From the NCBI RefSeq assembly GCF_036365525.1, contig NC_090401.1, forward strand, positions 30,711,036 to 30,775,035: DNA of 64,000 nucleotides, written 5' to 3'. The position numbers were made by a program, and so were the translations under genes. Origin of the DNA: Heterodontus francisci (taxonomy: Eukaryota). Under the pieces are notes generated by a model. That model ran no database searches. It saw nothing but the letters and a program-made list of their open reading frames with translations, and was not told where the DNA came from. Shown piece by piece: positions 24,050-36,318 of the stretch (position 1 is the first letter of the stretch; every line of letters starts with the position of its first letter).

Positions 24050-24390
24050 TAGAGACATGATGTCGAAGCTTTTCGTCTTGCACTGATCAGGACAATACGC
24101 AAGAATAACCAATGTAAGGGAAAACAACAACTTATATTGCGTGAGAAGAAAGTGCTGATTGGTTGGCAAGTGAACTCGAGTAGAGGCGTTGCCATGGAGA
24201 ATGCACCAGTTTACAGCGACTGACAGCTTTGTTGAAATGTAAACCAGGCAGCTTGACTCTGATTGGTCAAGGCATTGCCCTGAGGAATGAACCAGCGAAT
24301 GGCTGTCACTTGTTTTGTTCAGCTGAAACAGGTGCAATGTGTGAATATGTTATCTCTGTCTGCAAAGAAAAGGGCCCTGTGTATTAATAA
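24050..24390 (-). mobile_element. Penelope-like element terminal (pLTR) fragment, second family
   Basis: Contains a minimal hammerhead and repeated ctgattggt boxes; no ORF recognised. Confidence 0.55.
24061..24094 (-). ncRNA. Minimal type-I hammerhead ribozyme with a G8-to-C core change
   Basis: Minus strand: TGTC CTGATCA GT-GCAAG-AC GAAA AGCT TC GACA; stem I TGTC/GACA, palindromic stem III. Confidence 0.6.
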
Positions 24391-24507
24391 TTTTTAGTTT
24401 TAGAAATTTAACAAAAATTACAGAATAATAGTTCCACCAATTTTTTTACTGGCAAAACTTTAATGTACTCAGAAGAATAATTTTTACATTTCCCAGTACA
24501 GAATCAG

Positions 24508-25206
24508 AGGTGGGAACTTTACATGGTGGCAGAGGCCCCACCCACTGGCCTAATAGATGGGGTTAAGCTCACCTCCACTGGGCCTGGAAGGTACACAGTA
24601 ATTTTAAATGGCCCAGGCCCTTAATTAGTCCTGGGTGGGACCTTCACTCCTCTGAGGCAGGAAGTCCCACCACAAAGAGCTGCTGGCCAAGTGGCCAACA
24701 GCTCTTCAATCCCAGCAGTGCCACCGGGAGCAGTGGCCACTGCTGGGACTGCATCCAGCGTGAGGAGCAGCATGGATGAAAGCCCCGAAAAAGTGGGGTT
24801 TCAGGCCTCGATGGGACAATCGTCGGGGCCCCATTGATGGGGTGGGGGTCAATCAGGAGAGCAGTGGGTGGTGCGCCAGTGGGGGAGGCTTATGCTGCTG
24901 GGGGGAGGGGTTGCCCTCTGTGGGGAACAGGATTCCAAATCAGGAGCCCACCCCGGCAATCCAGGCCTGCAAGGAGACCATTTGATATTATCAGGCGGCC
25001 TCCTCAGCTGAAGATGTGCCTGGCGGAGGCACTTAAGGGCCTCAATTAGCCTGTGGTGGGTGGGCTGTTTGCCATCTCCCCTGCTGCTGGTAAAATGGCA
25101 GCAGGCGATAGGAACAGCGCCCCTTGCCTCCCACTCAATTTTACGCCCCCCCACCTCCAGCCCACTCCAGGGGGGTGTGGTGGGGGGCAGCCAAAAAATT
25201 CCAGCC
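24508..25206. mobile_element. Harbinger-type MITE
   Basis: aggtgggaacttt ... aaaattccagcc; interior homologous to the element at 1-1984. Confidence 0.65.
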
Positions 25207-25660
25207 AAAGAATCATACAGCACAAAGGAGGCCATTCGACCCATTGTGCCCATGACAGCTCTTTGAAAGAACTGTCCAACTCGTCCCACTCTCCTGCTCT
25301 TGCCCTACAGCCCTGCAAATATTTCCTTTTCAAGTGTATATCTAATTCCCTTTTAAAAATTCCAACTGAATCTCCTTGCTCCTCCACCCTTTCAGGCAGT
25401 GCATTCCAGATCATAAAGCCAACTCTTTTCATCTCCCTTCTGGTTCGTTTGTGAATTAACTTAAAATCCCTTCATAAGTTTAAACATCACCATTAAGTCT
25501 TCCCTTCACTTTCTCAGCTCTAAGGAGAATAATTTCAGCTTTTCTATCTCTTGACATAACTTAAGTTCCTCAGCCCTGGTGCCATTCTAACAAATTTCTT
25601 CTTCACCCTTCTTAAAGTGTGCTGCCCAGAATTGGACACAGTACTCCAGCTGAGGCCTTC
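25207..25660 (-). mobile_element. CR1 3' fragment
   Basis: IWNALPERV..FKRELDIHL (ORF 25046-25432) and reverse CR1 tail at 25210. Confidence 0.8.
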
Positions 25661-27104
25661 ATTTTGTGATAAGATTAGGATACAATAGTCAGTTCCTTCA
25701 TAAATTCTTTTAAAAAAAATCACTGAAGACTTTTCAAAATGTACCAGGTAGTGTCCTGGTACCCAAAAGATCCACTTAGTTTTTGGAATCACCTCAAAGG
25801 CCTGTAAAAGAGCACAATTAGCAGAAATACCCAATGTTGATTAGTTCACCTGGGAGTGTGGCCAGTTTTGTAAGCAGGACCTGCTTTTGATGTGATGCTT
25901 TTAAAACTAGCATCGAAGATCACAGAAATGCATGTTGCACTGAATGGTGCTTAAAATTCTGCAATCTTTTGCTCCAGTTTCGCAGATATCAGGGGAATTG
26001 CACTGAAGAAACCATGCAATCAAGCGGAAACTCCAGGCCTTTGCCTTTGTTTAGAAAACCAAAGATACTGTATGCTTTTTTAACAGCCTTTGCAACTTGT
26101 CCTGCCATCTCCAAAGATTTGTGTATGCGTTACTGCAATAACAACAATTAATCTGCCACTGGTAGCCCTTCTGCATACATCACACCAGCTAATGCAAGCA
26201 TTGTACCAATTGATCCAACATTCAGAGAGGGTGCGCGTTATATTCAACAAGAATACTGCAATTTATAAACAGCACTGATTGACATCATACACTGAATAAA
26301 GCCCATCACTAACATGTCAATAAGCTAATTATTTAATTGAAGAAATCCTTTGTTTGTTGGATGTACAGACAGGGGAATCAAAACAACTTACTGCAATCAG
26401 TGGGCTAGTCTTTATTCTTTCCATCCAGAACCTATATTTCATGTAATCAATGCTCCCCATGCATTCGGTTAGTGTGGTGAGCTGATGGAGAATGTGCACC
26501 AAGTAACAACTGAGGAGATGTTTTGCCTTTCAATTTTAAAGGATTCATTATCCTTATTTTGTAGAAAATGAAAAATGAAAATCAGGATGGTGATAGAACA
26601 CAGTTTTGCTTTTCTTTCATGCAGTCTGAAACATTGGCTGATTTTCATCTGATGATGCTAATCGGGGGGCACCTGTAATAATGCTTATTGGCATTTGTCT
26701 AGCATGTCACCTGCCAATTAAAAAGTAAAAATTATGATTAATTCCTACTTCACACTGCGGCTGCTTATCAATGCTGAATGCCCCTCCTGAGTTCCTCATG
26801 GATACAGTCCTCAGGGGAGCTGCTGACAACTAATTCTGGGATATACTGAGCAATAATTTGCCTCCTCACACACAAGATTGGAAGGCGTTGTGGATGTATA
26901 GGAGTCTAACAGCTGGGTTGTGAGAAATTTCTGTTAGATCTGGTCTTTGGTACTCAAAGACTAGAGGCAGTTTCATTCTAATATGGTTATTACAGTTATA
27001 AAAGAAATTACAGCACAATAAATAAATAAGTTAAAATACAAAGATGATACTTCTAACATTACAACATATATGACATTGAGATGCAACCTGTTAACATCTA
27101 TTAC

Positions 27105-27620
27105 AGGAAGGACATAATTGCTCTGGAGAGAGTACAGAGGAGATTGACAAGAATGTTGCCAGGGCTTGAAAATTGCAGCAAGGAGGAAAGATTGGATCGG
27201 CCAGGGTTGTTTTCCTTAGAACAGAAGAGGCTGAGGGGTGAGTTCATTGAGGTGCACTAAATTATGAGGAGCTTAGATAGAGTAGACAGGAAGGACTTGT
27301 TTCCCCTAACAGAGAGGTCAGTTACCAGGGGGCACAGATTTAAGGTGCTTGGTAGAAGGATTAGAGGGGACATGAGAAAAGACTTTTTCACCCAGAGGGT
27401 GGTGGGTGTCTGGAATTCACTGCCAGGAACAGTGGTGGAGGAAGAAACCCTCAACTCATTTAAAAGGTACCTGGACCTGCACCTGAAGTGTTGTAACTTG
27501 CAAGGCTGTGGACCAGGTGCTGGAAGGGGGTTTAGAATGAGCGACTAGTTTTTTTAGCCATCGCAGACACGATGGGCTGAATAGCCTCTTTCTATGCCGT
27601 AACATTTCTATGGTTCTATG
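27105..27620 (+). mobile_element. CR1 3' fragment
   Basis: ORF 27264-27548 FFTQRVVGVWNSLP; tail ttctatggttctatg. Confidence 0.9.
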
Positions 27621-27903
27621 AGGTTTTAAGGTGTTCGATCTTGAATGGCCTTGCAGTATACTTGAGAGGTCCAGCTTCATTTAGAGAACATTTTAATATT
27701 CAATGCTTTTTAAGTCTGCTTTATATACATTAATTACTCAATAAGTTATGGGAACTTTTGCCTGCTTTTCTGCCTGTGTGTCAATCAATTTCAGGCACTT
27801 GAACCCTGCACCCATAATACACATTCCACAGCAAGGATAGAAACAAATAATAATGACTCCCATGCCACCATCCTATAACGACATGATGACAATATGGAGA
27901 TGG

Positions 27904-29217
27904 GGGCAGAATTTTGAACTGATAGTCCCAGCTGAAATGGCAAGTCCTATAGTGGGCCTGGAACCCAATAGGATCTGCAGAGGGCTCCATCCTGCTTCTT
28001 CTTCAACTGAGTGTGGTCCCTCCAACTGTGCACCAAGATGATCCAGGATCTCAGGAGGGAGGGAAAGGTGAGTGGCGTAACATTTTCAGGTATCAAGCCC
28101 GACACTCTGCCTTGCCCAGCATTCACCTGCACAGCAGTCCTCAGAACAACACACCTTGCAGCTGTACTCCTGCTCTCCCCAGGCTTCTCCTCACATCCCC
28201 ATCTGGACTGCCAGCACTCTCACTTACTCACACTCACCCTCATCCTATTACTCTCTCACACCCATGCCTCACAGTCACACTCTGAAAATGTTGTGCTTCC
28301 CTCCTCTCCTCACAATCCACTTCAAATACTTGCAGGAGAAGTGAACACACAACTACGGGAAGTGGCAGAGACTTCGGGGGTGGGGGATGAGGTGGCCCTC
28401 CAGTGACAGGCACTTTGATGACCACAGGCATGACTGCCCATTTGTCCCCTGGGAAGGGGGTCTAGTTCCAGTAGGCTGCAGTGAAAGCCTGATCCTTCTG
28501 AGGCACTGGTGCTCAGACATGTTGAAAGAGCTCATCCTCTGCCTATAGACCCTGTGTTTAGGGATCTTGTCTGCTTGGAGTGCAATATCTGTATCCAGCC
28601 CCTCTGCCCTGTGGAGTGGCATGTAGCTGAGGAGAAGGCTGCTGCTGTTGCTCCTGCTACTTCTGGTGCTGCTTCTCTTGTTCCTCATCAGAGGTGTAAG
28701 GTAGAGCTGTATAAGCTGCTCCCCTGCCCTGGTGAAGTCTGGCAGCAGGGAAGTGTAGTTCAAGGTGAGTGAAATACAAGGCAGGTGAAGTGGCTTTCAA
28801 GAAGCTAGCAGTCACCTGGAGCACTGAAAGCACAGTCTCATAAGAAGCATCTAGGCACAGCTGCAGCTCTTCAAGTTGAGGGTTCAAAGCCTTCCCAACC
28901 TGGCAGTTTCAACAAAGAAGCAAGCCCCGTTGTGCACTCACCTTGATGACCCTGGCAAGTTCCACACAGCTTGGGAAATAAGTGTGGGGCTGTTAAAGCC
29001 AGAATGATTAGTTAAATCAGCAGTTAATTACCTATATGCATATGGCAAATACTCACATGACAGCTCCAAGGGGGGCTCCCAGCTTGCCTGCAAACCCACC
29101 CGGGTGAAACTCAGAAGTGGGCAGATGATGCTGGGACCCGACTCAACGTTGCTTTTAGGAGATTCAACACCTCGCACACACCCAAACCCATCTCCCTTGG
29201 CAGTTAAGATTCTGCCC
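27904..29217. mobile_element. Internally deleted Harbinger with a Myb/SANT gene remnant (+) and a transposase N-terminus (-)
   Basis: TIRs GGGCAGAATTTT / AAGATTCTGCCC; minus strand RVYRQRMSSFNMSEHQCLRRIRLS; plus strand CTKMIQDLRREGK|gtgagt ... ttgcag|EK*THN resembles the spliced Harbinger Myb-like ORF. Confidence 0.75.
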
Positions 29218-29915
29218 AGGGTAGCTCATAATATGGGTTTACCGAGGAAAATACAAAATTGCTGAAAGTAGCTACTTTGATTTTAAAATAAAATTCAACT
29301 TTGAATAAAAATTTCTCAGGGAATAAGGTGTTAAGCCCATTACCTAGGTGTTAATTAATCAAATTAAGATTCAAGGTTTTGGCCTGAGTGGTCAGGTCTG
29401 GGTTCTTGATCCCCGTTTACTGCATGCTCATTGGCTTGATGGTGATGGCTTGAAGGCAATGGCTGGTCTTCGTTCAGGGCCTAGAAAACTGTGATCACTG
29501 GATCTTCCCCATCATCATATCTAAAAGGTTTATTCTACAGAAAATCCTGCAGAAAGTACTTTTCCCACATGGATATCCAGTTCAACCTACAACTGTGTTA
29601 CACATGGAGTTGCACAGCAGGAGCCATTGGTGCTAATGAAGTTATTGATATCACAGTGCCCTGCACAACTAGCTAAGTGCCCTCTCTGCAAGCAATGAAT
29701 GTACAATGACTCAAGCAAACGTTATCCCTAGCATTAATGCTGTTATTTCAGGGTTAGTCCCTGACAACAGCAGATGGCCTTTGAAAGTCCTTGGAACCGG
29801 CCAATTGGTTGAGAAGCCACTGTCCTCTTTACCTCCTTCAACTGGGGCCACAGAGCTTATAGTAAGGAGACATGCACAATAAGCAAGGAGAAATATATAC
29901 AACACAAAAGACAAA

Positions 29916-30722
29916 CAAAAACAGAAAGTGCTGGAAATACTCAGCAGGTCAAGCAGCATCTGTGGAGAGAGAAGCAGAGTTAACGTTTCAGGTTGGTGAC
30001 CTTTCGTCAGAACTGGCAAAGTTTAGAAAAGAAATATGTTTTAAGCAAGTGAAAGGGGTGGGGGATGGATTTGGTGGGGAAGAGAACAAAAGGGAAGGTG
30101 TGTAATAGGGCAAAGGGCAGAAGAGATTAAATAACAAAGCTGTCATGCAACGAAGGCAAAGAGCGTGTTAATGCTTGTGGTGAAAGACAAAGTATTAGTC
30201 CAGAGAAAGTGTTAATGGCCGAATAATGAGCAGCTCTGTCCACATGAAAAAAGTCACATGGTTAAAAAATAAAATAATAAAAAAAATTAGAAAAATATAA
30301 AAAAGGCCAGTTATGCTCTGAAATTGTTGAATTCAATGTTGAGTCCACAAGGCTGTAGAGTGTCTAATTGAAAGATCAGGTGCTGCTCCTCGAGCTTGCA
30401 TTGATGTTCATTGGAACACTAGCAGGTCAAGGACAGAAATGTGAGCATGAGAGCAGGGTGGCGAGTTGAAATGGCAAGTAACTGGAAGCTCGGGGTCATG
30501 CTTTCAGACTGAGCAGAGGTGTTCCGCAAAGCGGTCACCCAGTCTGTGTTTGGTCTCCCCAATATAGACGAGACCGCGTTGTGAGCAGCGAACACAGTAT
30601 ACTACACAGACCTGAAACATTAACTCTGCTTCTCTCTCCACAGATGCTGCCTGACCTGCTGAGTATTTCCAGCACTTTCTGTTTTTATTTCAGATTTCTA
30701 GCATCTGCAGTATTTTTCTTTT
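29916..30722 (-). mobile_element. Penelope-like retroelement: GIY-YIG C-terminus, pLTR and inverted pLTR piece
   Basis: Minus strand near 30600-30510 reads YCVRCSQRGLVYIGETKHRLGDRFAEHL; inverted arms about 29916-29992 and 30611-30690; 12-bp TSD ACAAAAGACAAA (29904-29915, 30723-30734). Confidence 0.9.
29978..30014 (-). ncRNA. Minimal type-I hammerhead ribozyme (intact core)
   Basis: AGTT CTGACGA A AGGT-CACCA-ACCT GAAAC GTT AACT: conserved CUGANGA and GAAA, stem I AGTT/AACT, palindromic ACGT stem III, GUU cleavage triplet. Confidence 0.75.
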
Positions 30723-31426
30723 ACAAAAGACAAATACACCAGCAAATCACATTGAACACATACATCCCTCAGTTCTTGCACCCAGATCTATTGTGAAAAG
30801 AGTTGCTGCAAAATCTGCTATAAGAATATGCTGAATTTAGTTTCCAGTAATTGAATCTCATACTGGAATGTCACGGCACAGTGATGTGCTTCTCTTAAGT
30901 GACAGGAGATACTTTACTTTTTATTCAGTTTTACACTTGGTTACCCATGATTCCTGCAATGCTTGTCAAATCAAGTCAAAAGCACACACACAACAGATGT
31001 CTTCGACTCTCCAAAGTTTGTCGTCATTACACAAGATCAGAATTGAAAGAAATAAAGTACAAGGCAGAAAAACTAGTCTCTTCCATTTCAGCCTGTCCAG
31101 AGGAGTGTTTGGAGGCAGACTTTATTTATAACTTAAAAGAGAAACTGTTTTCTTGTAATCTTATGGATATGAACCATCTGGTACAGTGCATCAATGGGAT
31201 TCACATAGATGAAGGCATTTCAGTATCTTTAATTATATTGGTGTTAATTAGTACTGCAGTAGTAACATACTGATTAATATACTTCCTTGCACACAATATT
31301 AGAAGGGACATGGGTGATGTGTAAGAGTCCAACAGCTGGATTTCGAGTACAGTTTCCAGCTGTGGCATGCCTTGAGTTGCATAGCAGCAAGCTCTGGTGC
31401 TCATGAAGACACACATCTTTATGAAA

Positions 31427-32474
31427 CTTCTTTGGCCTCCTTATCTCGAGAGACAATGGGTAAGTGCCTGGAGGTGGTCAGTGGTGTGTGGAGCAGCGCC
31501 TGGAGTGGTTATAAAGGCCAATTCTGGAGTGACAGGCTCTTCCACAGGTGCTGCAGAAAAATTTGTTTGTCGGGGCTGTTACACAGTTGGCTCTCCCCTT
31601 GCGCTTCTGTCTTTTTTCCTGCCAACTGCGAAGTCTCTTCGACTCGCCAAACTTTAGCCCCGCCTTTATGACTGCCCGCCAGCTCTGGCGAACGCTGGCA
31701 ACTGACTCCCACGACTTGTGATCAATGTCACAGGACTTCATGTCGCATTTGCAGACGTCTTTGAAGCGGAGACATGGACAGCCGGTGGGTCTGATACCAG
31801 TGGCGAGCTCGCTGTACAATGTGTCTTTGGGGATCCTGCCATCTTCCATGCGGCTCACATGGCCAAGCCATCTCAAGCACTGCTGACTCAGTATTGTGTA
31901 TAAGCTGGGGATGTCGGCCGCCTCGAGGACTTCTGTGTTGGAGATACGGTCCTGCCACCTGATGCCAAGTATTCTCCGGAGGCAGCGAAGATGGAACGAA
32001 TTGAGACGTCGCTCTTGGCTGACATACGTTGTCCAGGCCTCGCTGCCATAGAGCAAGGTACTGAGGACACAGGCTTGATACACTCGGACTTTTGTGTTCT
32101 GTGTCAGTGCGCCATTTTCCCACACTCTCTTGGCCAGTCTGGACATAGCAGTGGAAGCCTTTCCCATGCGCTTGTTGATTTCTGCATCTAGAGACAGGTT
32201 ACTGGTGATAGTTGAGCCTAGGTAGGTGAACTCTTGAACCACTTCCAGAGTGTGGTCGCCAATATTGATGGATGGAGCATTTCTGACGTCCTGCCCCATG
32301 ATGTTCGTTTTCTTGAGGCTGACGGTTAGGCCAAATTCATTGCAGAGAGCCACAAACCAATCGATGAGACTCTGCAGGCACTCTTCAGTGTGAGATGTTA
32401 AAGCAGCATCGTCAGGAAAGAGGAGTTCCCTGATGAGGACTTTCCGTACTTTGAACTTCGCTCTTAGACGGGCA
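31427..32474 (-). mobile_element. RTE LINE, 5'-truncated, young
   Basis: Uninterrupted 291-aa ORF 31478-32353 (FTYLGS, TLLYGSEAW, LRWLGHV, terminal CSTC...H...C); an LFPDDA variant of the catalytic motif lies just upstream. Confidence 0.95.
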
Positions 32475-32569
32475 CATTATTGCACATATATTGTACAAAA
32501 AACAGAGACCCTCAAAACATTTGCAGTGAAATTGGTATCTTTATTGCAACAGTACTTCTTTAAATCCTC

Positions 32570-33490
32570 ATCCCATGTCATTCCATCCTCCCCATACGAT
32601 CCCTCTCATGCCATACCCATCACATTACTTTCATCGCTCACATGTCATCCACATCCCACCCCTTCTTCCTATGCCATCCTCATCCCTCATTCCACATCTC
32701 CCAGGATGTCCTAGACCCGCCCCATGCCATTCCCATCTCTCCCATGCTGTCACCTCCCCTCCAACTCATCACCCCTCCTATGCCGTCTCCACCCCCCATG
32801 CCATTCCCCGTCCCCTTCTCTCCCATACCGCCTGCCCCTCCACCCTGCCTGCTATACCGTCCTCCACCTCTCATGGCCGTACCCCCTTCCCCACTCTTAT
32901 GCTGTCGTACCTCCTATATCCCCTCCCATGTTATTTTCCCCCTCCCTGCCAGCCCCTCCCCCTCCCATGCCGCACCCCCCTCCACCCACCCTCCCATCCT
33001 TTCCCCACCGCCATCTCATCCCTCTCTCCCCACTCCTGTGCCGTCCCCCACATGCAATTCCACCCCCATCTGCCCCCTCCCATGCTGCTGTCTCTTCCCT
33101 CCCTTCTGTACCATCCCCCCATGTCCTCTCCTCCTCCCCTCCCCCACTCATGCTGTCCCCCCTCCCATGCTGTCTCCTGCCCTTGCCCGCCATCCCCTCC
33201 CCCACCCCCTCCCATTCTATGCTCCCAACTGCCATCCCCTTCTTCCGTCCCCTTCTCATGCCATCTCCACCCCCCCCCAGCCCCCTCCCATGCCATCCCT
33301 TCCCTTCCTCCCATACCATCTCCCATCCCCCAAGCTATCTAAATCCTTCCCATGCTGTCCTCTCCTTCCCCCAACCCCCATGCCGTCTAACCCATTCCCA
33401 TGCTGTCTTCTCCCTCACCCACCTCCAATGCCGTCTCCTGCAACCCCCACCCCCCGATGCCGTTTCCCCCCTCCCATACTATTCCCCAGA
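32570..33490. repeat. C-rich low-complexity degenerate repeat (cccatgcY units)
   Basis: About 900 bp dominated by C-runs with recurring ccatgcc / cccatgctgtc. Confidence 0.85.
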
Positions 33491-33795
33491 GCCCAGTAAC
33501 CAAGACAGGGGAGCTGTGAGAACCAGGGGCCGAGCTCAGTAAGTGAAGCCAGAGAACGGTGGGGAACGTGTGCACCAGACACCGGCCACCAAAAATGGCT
33601 CTTCCCCATTCACCAGGTGCCTTGTCTTGAATCGATCAAAAAACTGTAACTCAAACCATACGCTGTATTCTAATGTTGCAAAACAATTTTACAATATCTA
33701 ATTAACTAACTGTCAGCCTGCAGGTGCAAAATGTCACTGGACCGTACAAAACATTCCACAAACCAAGACTTATAAATCCAACAGAAGTTGGATAA

Positions 33796-34125
33796 AGGGC
33801 AGCACAGTGGCGCAGTGGTTAGCACCGCAGCCTCATAGCTCCAGGGACCCGGGTTCGATTCTAGGTACTGCCTGTGCGGAGTTTGCAAGTTCTCCCTGTA
33901 TCTGCGTGGGTTTCCTCCGGGTGCTCCGGTTTCCTCCCACATGCCAAAGACTTGCAGGTTGATAGGTTAATTGGCCATTATAAATTGCCCCTAGTATAGG
34001 TAGGTGGTAGGGAAATATATAGGGACAGGTGGGGATGTGGTAGGAATATAGGATTAGTATAAATGGGTGGTTGATGGTCAGCACAGACTCGAAGGGCCTG
34101 TTTCAGTGCTGTATCTCTAAACTAA
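33796..34125 (+). mobile_element. tRNA-derived V-SINE (HE1-like)
   Basis: A box TGGCGCAGTGG, B box GGTTCGATTC, V-core GGGTTTCCTCCGGGTGCTCCGGTTTCCTCCCAC, CR1-like tail. Confidence 0.9.
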
Positions 34126-34137
34126 AAGTTGTCCTAT

Positions 34138-35847
34138 TGTTACGATCCCGTTAAGAACCATTGACTTTTAAAAAGAGAAAATCGAATTCCCTGTTATTAC
34201 TGAAAGAATTACACCACAAGATTTCACATTTTAAACAAAAAGCTTTACTGTACAAGAGTTGAACAAAGCAAAACACTATAAACTGAACAATACAATTTGA
34301 AAAAATCTGGGGTGGAATTTTATGCTCTCCCCTGTGGTGGGTTTGGAGGCGGAGAAAGCATAAAATAGGGTGGGATGGGGGCAGGGAGGACCCCGCCATC
34401 ATCCCGCCTCCGCCGAAATGTAGAGCAGGGCAGGAAGGCCAGTGAACGACCTTCCCGCCTGCTGCCAATTGAGGCCCTTAACTGGGTAATTAATACCTAT
34501 TAAGATCCTCTTCCTACTGCAGCAGCAATTACCATGCAACGGGCAGCCCTGTTGCCACACGGGAAGCAAGGCACAAAAAACAGTACGGTCTGCTTCCCAG
34601 CTGCGAGGTGGGGGTGGTGTTGGGTAGGGCTTTCGTTCAAAGGCACTTTCTGAGGGCCAACCCCCTACCCGTGCTGCTGACCCCCTCCCCCTTCCTCTGC
34701 AACACCCACCAGTGAAACCACGCCCTCCCTGGCCTACCTTGAGCCTGGTTCCAGTGCCGCTTCTCGGTGTCACGTCATTGCAGCTACAGCAGCAGCCACC
34801 GCCTCCACGGTGGCACTGCAGCTACCAACCTCTGATTGGCTGACAGCTCTCCAAGAGCAGGACTTCTGGCAATGGAGTCCTAAATCCTAAGGAAGGCCCG
34901 CCACTGTCCAGTTAAGTGCCTGATTGGCACTACATTTGGCGGGCCTTCTGCACAAGGGCCAACACAGGGATTTCAGTGTCGGTTTCCCCCGACATAGTGA
35001 CCTCCCCCCTCTCCCCGCCAGCATAAAATTCCTTATACTTTAAACTTAAAATCATAACAGAACAATAAGACGAATACTTTAAATTTAAAATCTCAACAGA
35101 ACACTCCTGTTTGACTGTTACTTCCACCCCAAAATTTCCCCTATATGTTACAGGATCTTGGTGGTTTGTTCACCTCTCCTGGGACCAACCCAAAGTCCAT
35201 CACAGCTCTTAGGAATTCACTTCGATTTCTTAACTTCTCAGCTGTCTTCTGAGGTATCAGATCTCCCAAATCTGGATTTTCCAGCTTAAGCATGGGTTTT
35301 ACTCAAAACAGAAATACCGCTGGTTCCCAACGGCCTCTTTGCTCCTGAGTCCGGCTGACTTCCAAAAGCCAACTGTTTTCTCTGTTAACTACAGCCTGTC
35401 TGAAGCCAACAGCTTTCCAAAATCCAACTACTTGTCTGTCAGCAAGCACATAGATCAAAACACCAACAGGAACCCCCTGCATCAACTATGTCCATACCAT
35501 AATGGTACACGTGGGATGTCCAATTGGCAATTTAGCTAATTATTTCTAACTCCAATTTTTTTCTCTTGGAAATCATATGATTAGTTTAAACCCCTGATCA
35601 AGAATTTCAGAGAGGTTCTCATTGTTTAGGGTCTTCACACTTCCATTATGACCTTGCTAAATAAACATAGGCCAACCTTTGACTTGTAACCCCCTCAGTT
35701 TCCACCCTTTGACTTGTAACCCCCTCAGTTTGTTTGCCTTCTCAAATCAGGTGTTTTCATTTGTGTTGCATTTTTAAAAATTCAATTCCCAAATTAAAAA
35801 TTATCCCTAGAAAATTAATACAAACCATGAACCAGGTGATCATAACA
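34138..35847 (-). mobile_element. Solo LTR containing a MITE
   Basis: Termini TGTTACGATC...GATCATAACA; flanks CTAT/CAAT; short internal tandem duplication near 35675-35731. Strand is tentative. Confidence 0.7.
34309..35032. mobile_element. Harbinger-type MITE
   Basis: GGAATTTTATGCT / AGCATAAAATTCC inverted ends; homologous to the element at 55814. Confidence 0.8.
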
Positions 35848-36318
35848 CAATTTTTTAAATGTGTCTCCCTCTGCGATCCCTATATTATATTGATTATACT
35901 CTATCTTATATTTTACCTCTGTCTCCCTCTATTTTATATTATATTGGCTATTTTAACCTCAGTCTCTACTTATTTGATATTATATTGATTACATGTTAGA
36001 TCAGTCTCTCTCAATTTCATATTACAGTCTCGTCAGTGTGTGCTAAACTCACCTGTGAAAACCTTGAACATATCTACTGTAGACCTGATCTCTTATTTGG
36101 AGCCTTAACTAAATGCCAAAAAGAGTTTTCATTTGCACAATTCACCTCCCTCGCAGTACAAAATGGGGCCAATAAACTTTGTGCTGTGTGCTGAGTGCTG
36201 GCTCCACCCACCAATTCAATCCACGGACCAATCAGAAAGTGCAGTCAGACAGAAACTATTATTATACAAGGTTATATTTCAAGTTTAATCCTCACAATTG
36301 TACAAGTTCTGTCCTGTC

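Noticed and set aside
30899-31273. 124-aa ORF in non-repeat DNA
   Set aside because: No recognisable homology or convincing exon boundaries.
32575-33542. Long Pro-rich and Gly-rich ORFs (up to 285 aa) in several frames
   Set aside because: Artefact of C-rich low-complexity DNA; open in most frames with no domain.
35860-35990. Repeated atattatattg units with spacers (CRISPR-like look)
   Set aside because: Degenerate AT-rich tandem duplication in eukaryotic DNA; no cas genes and no constant repeat/spacer lengths.
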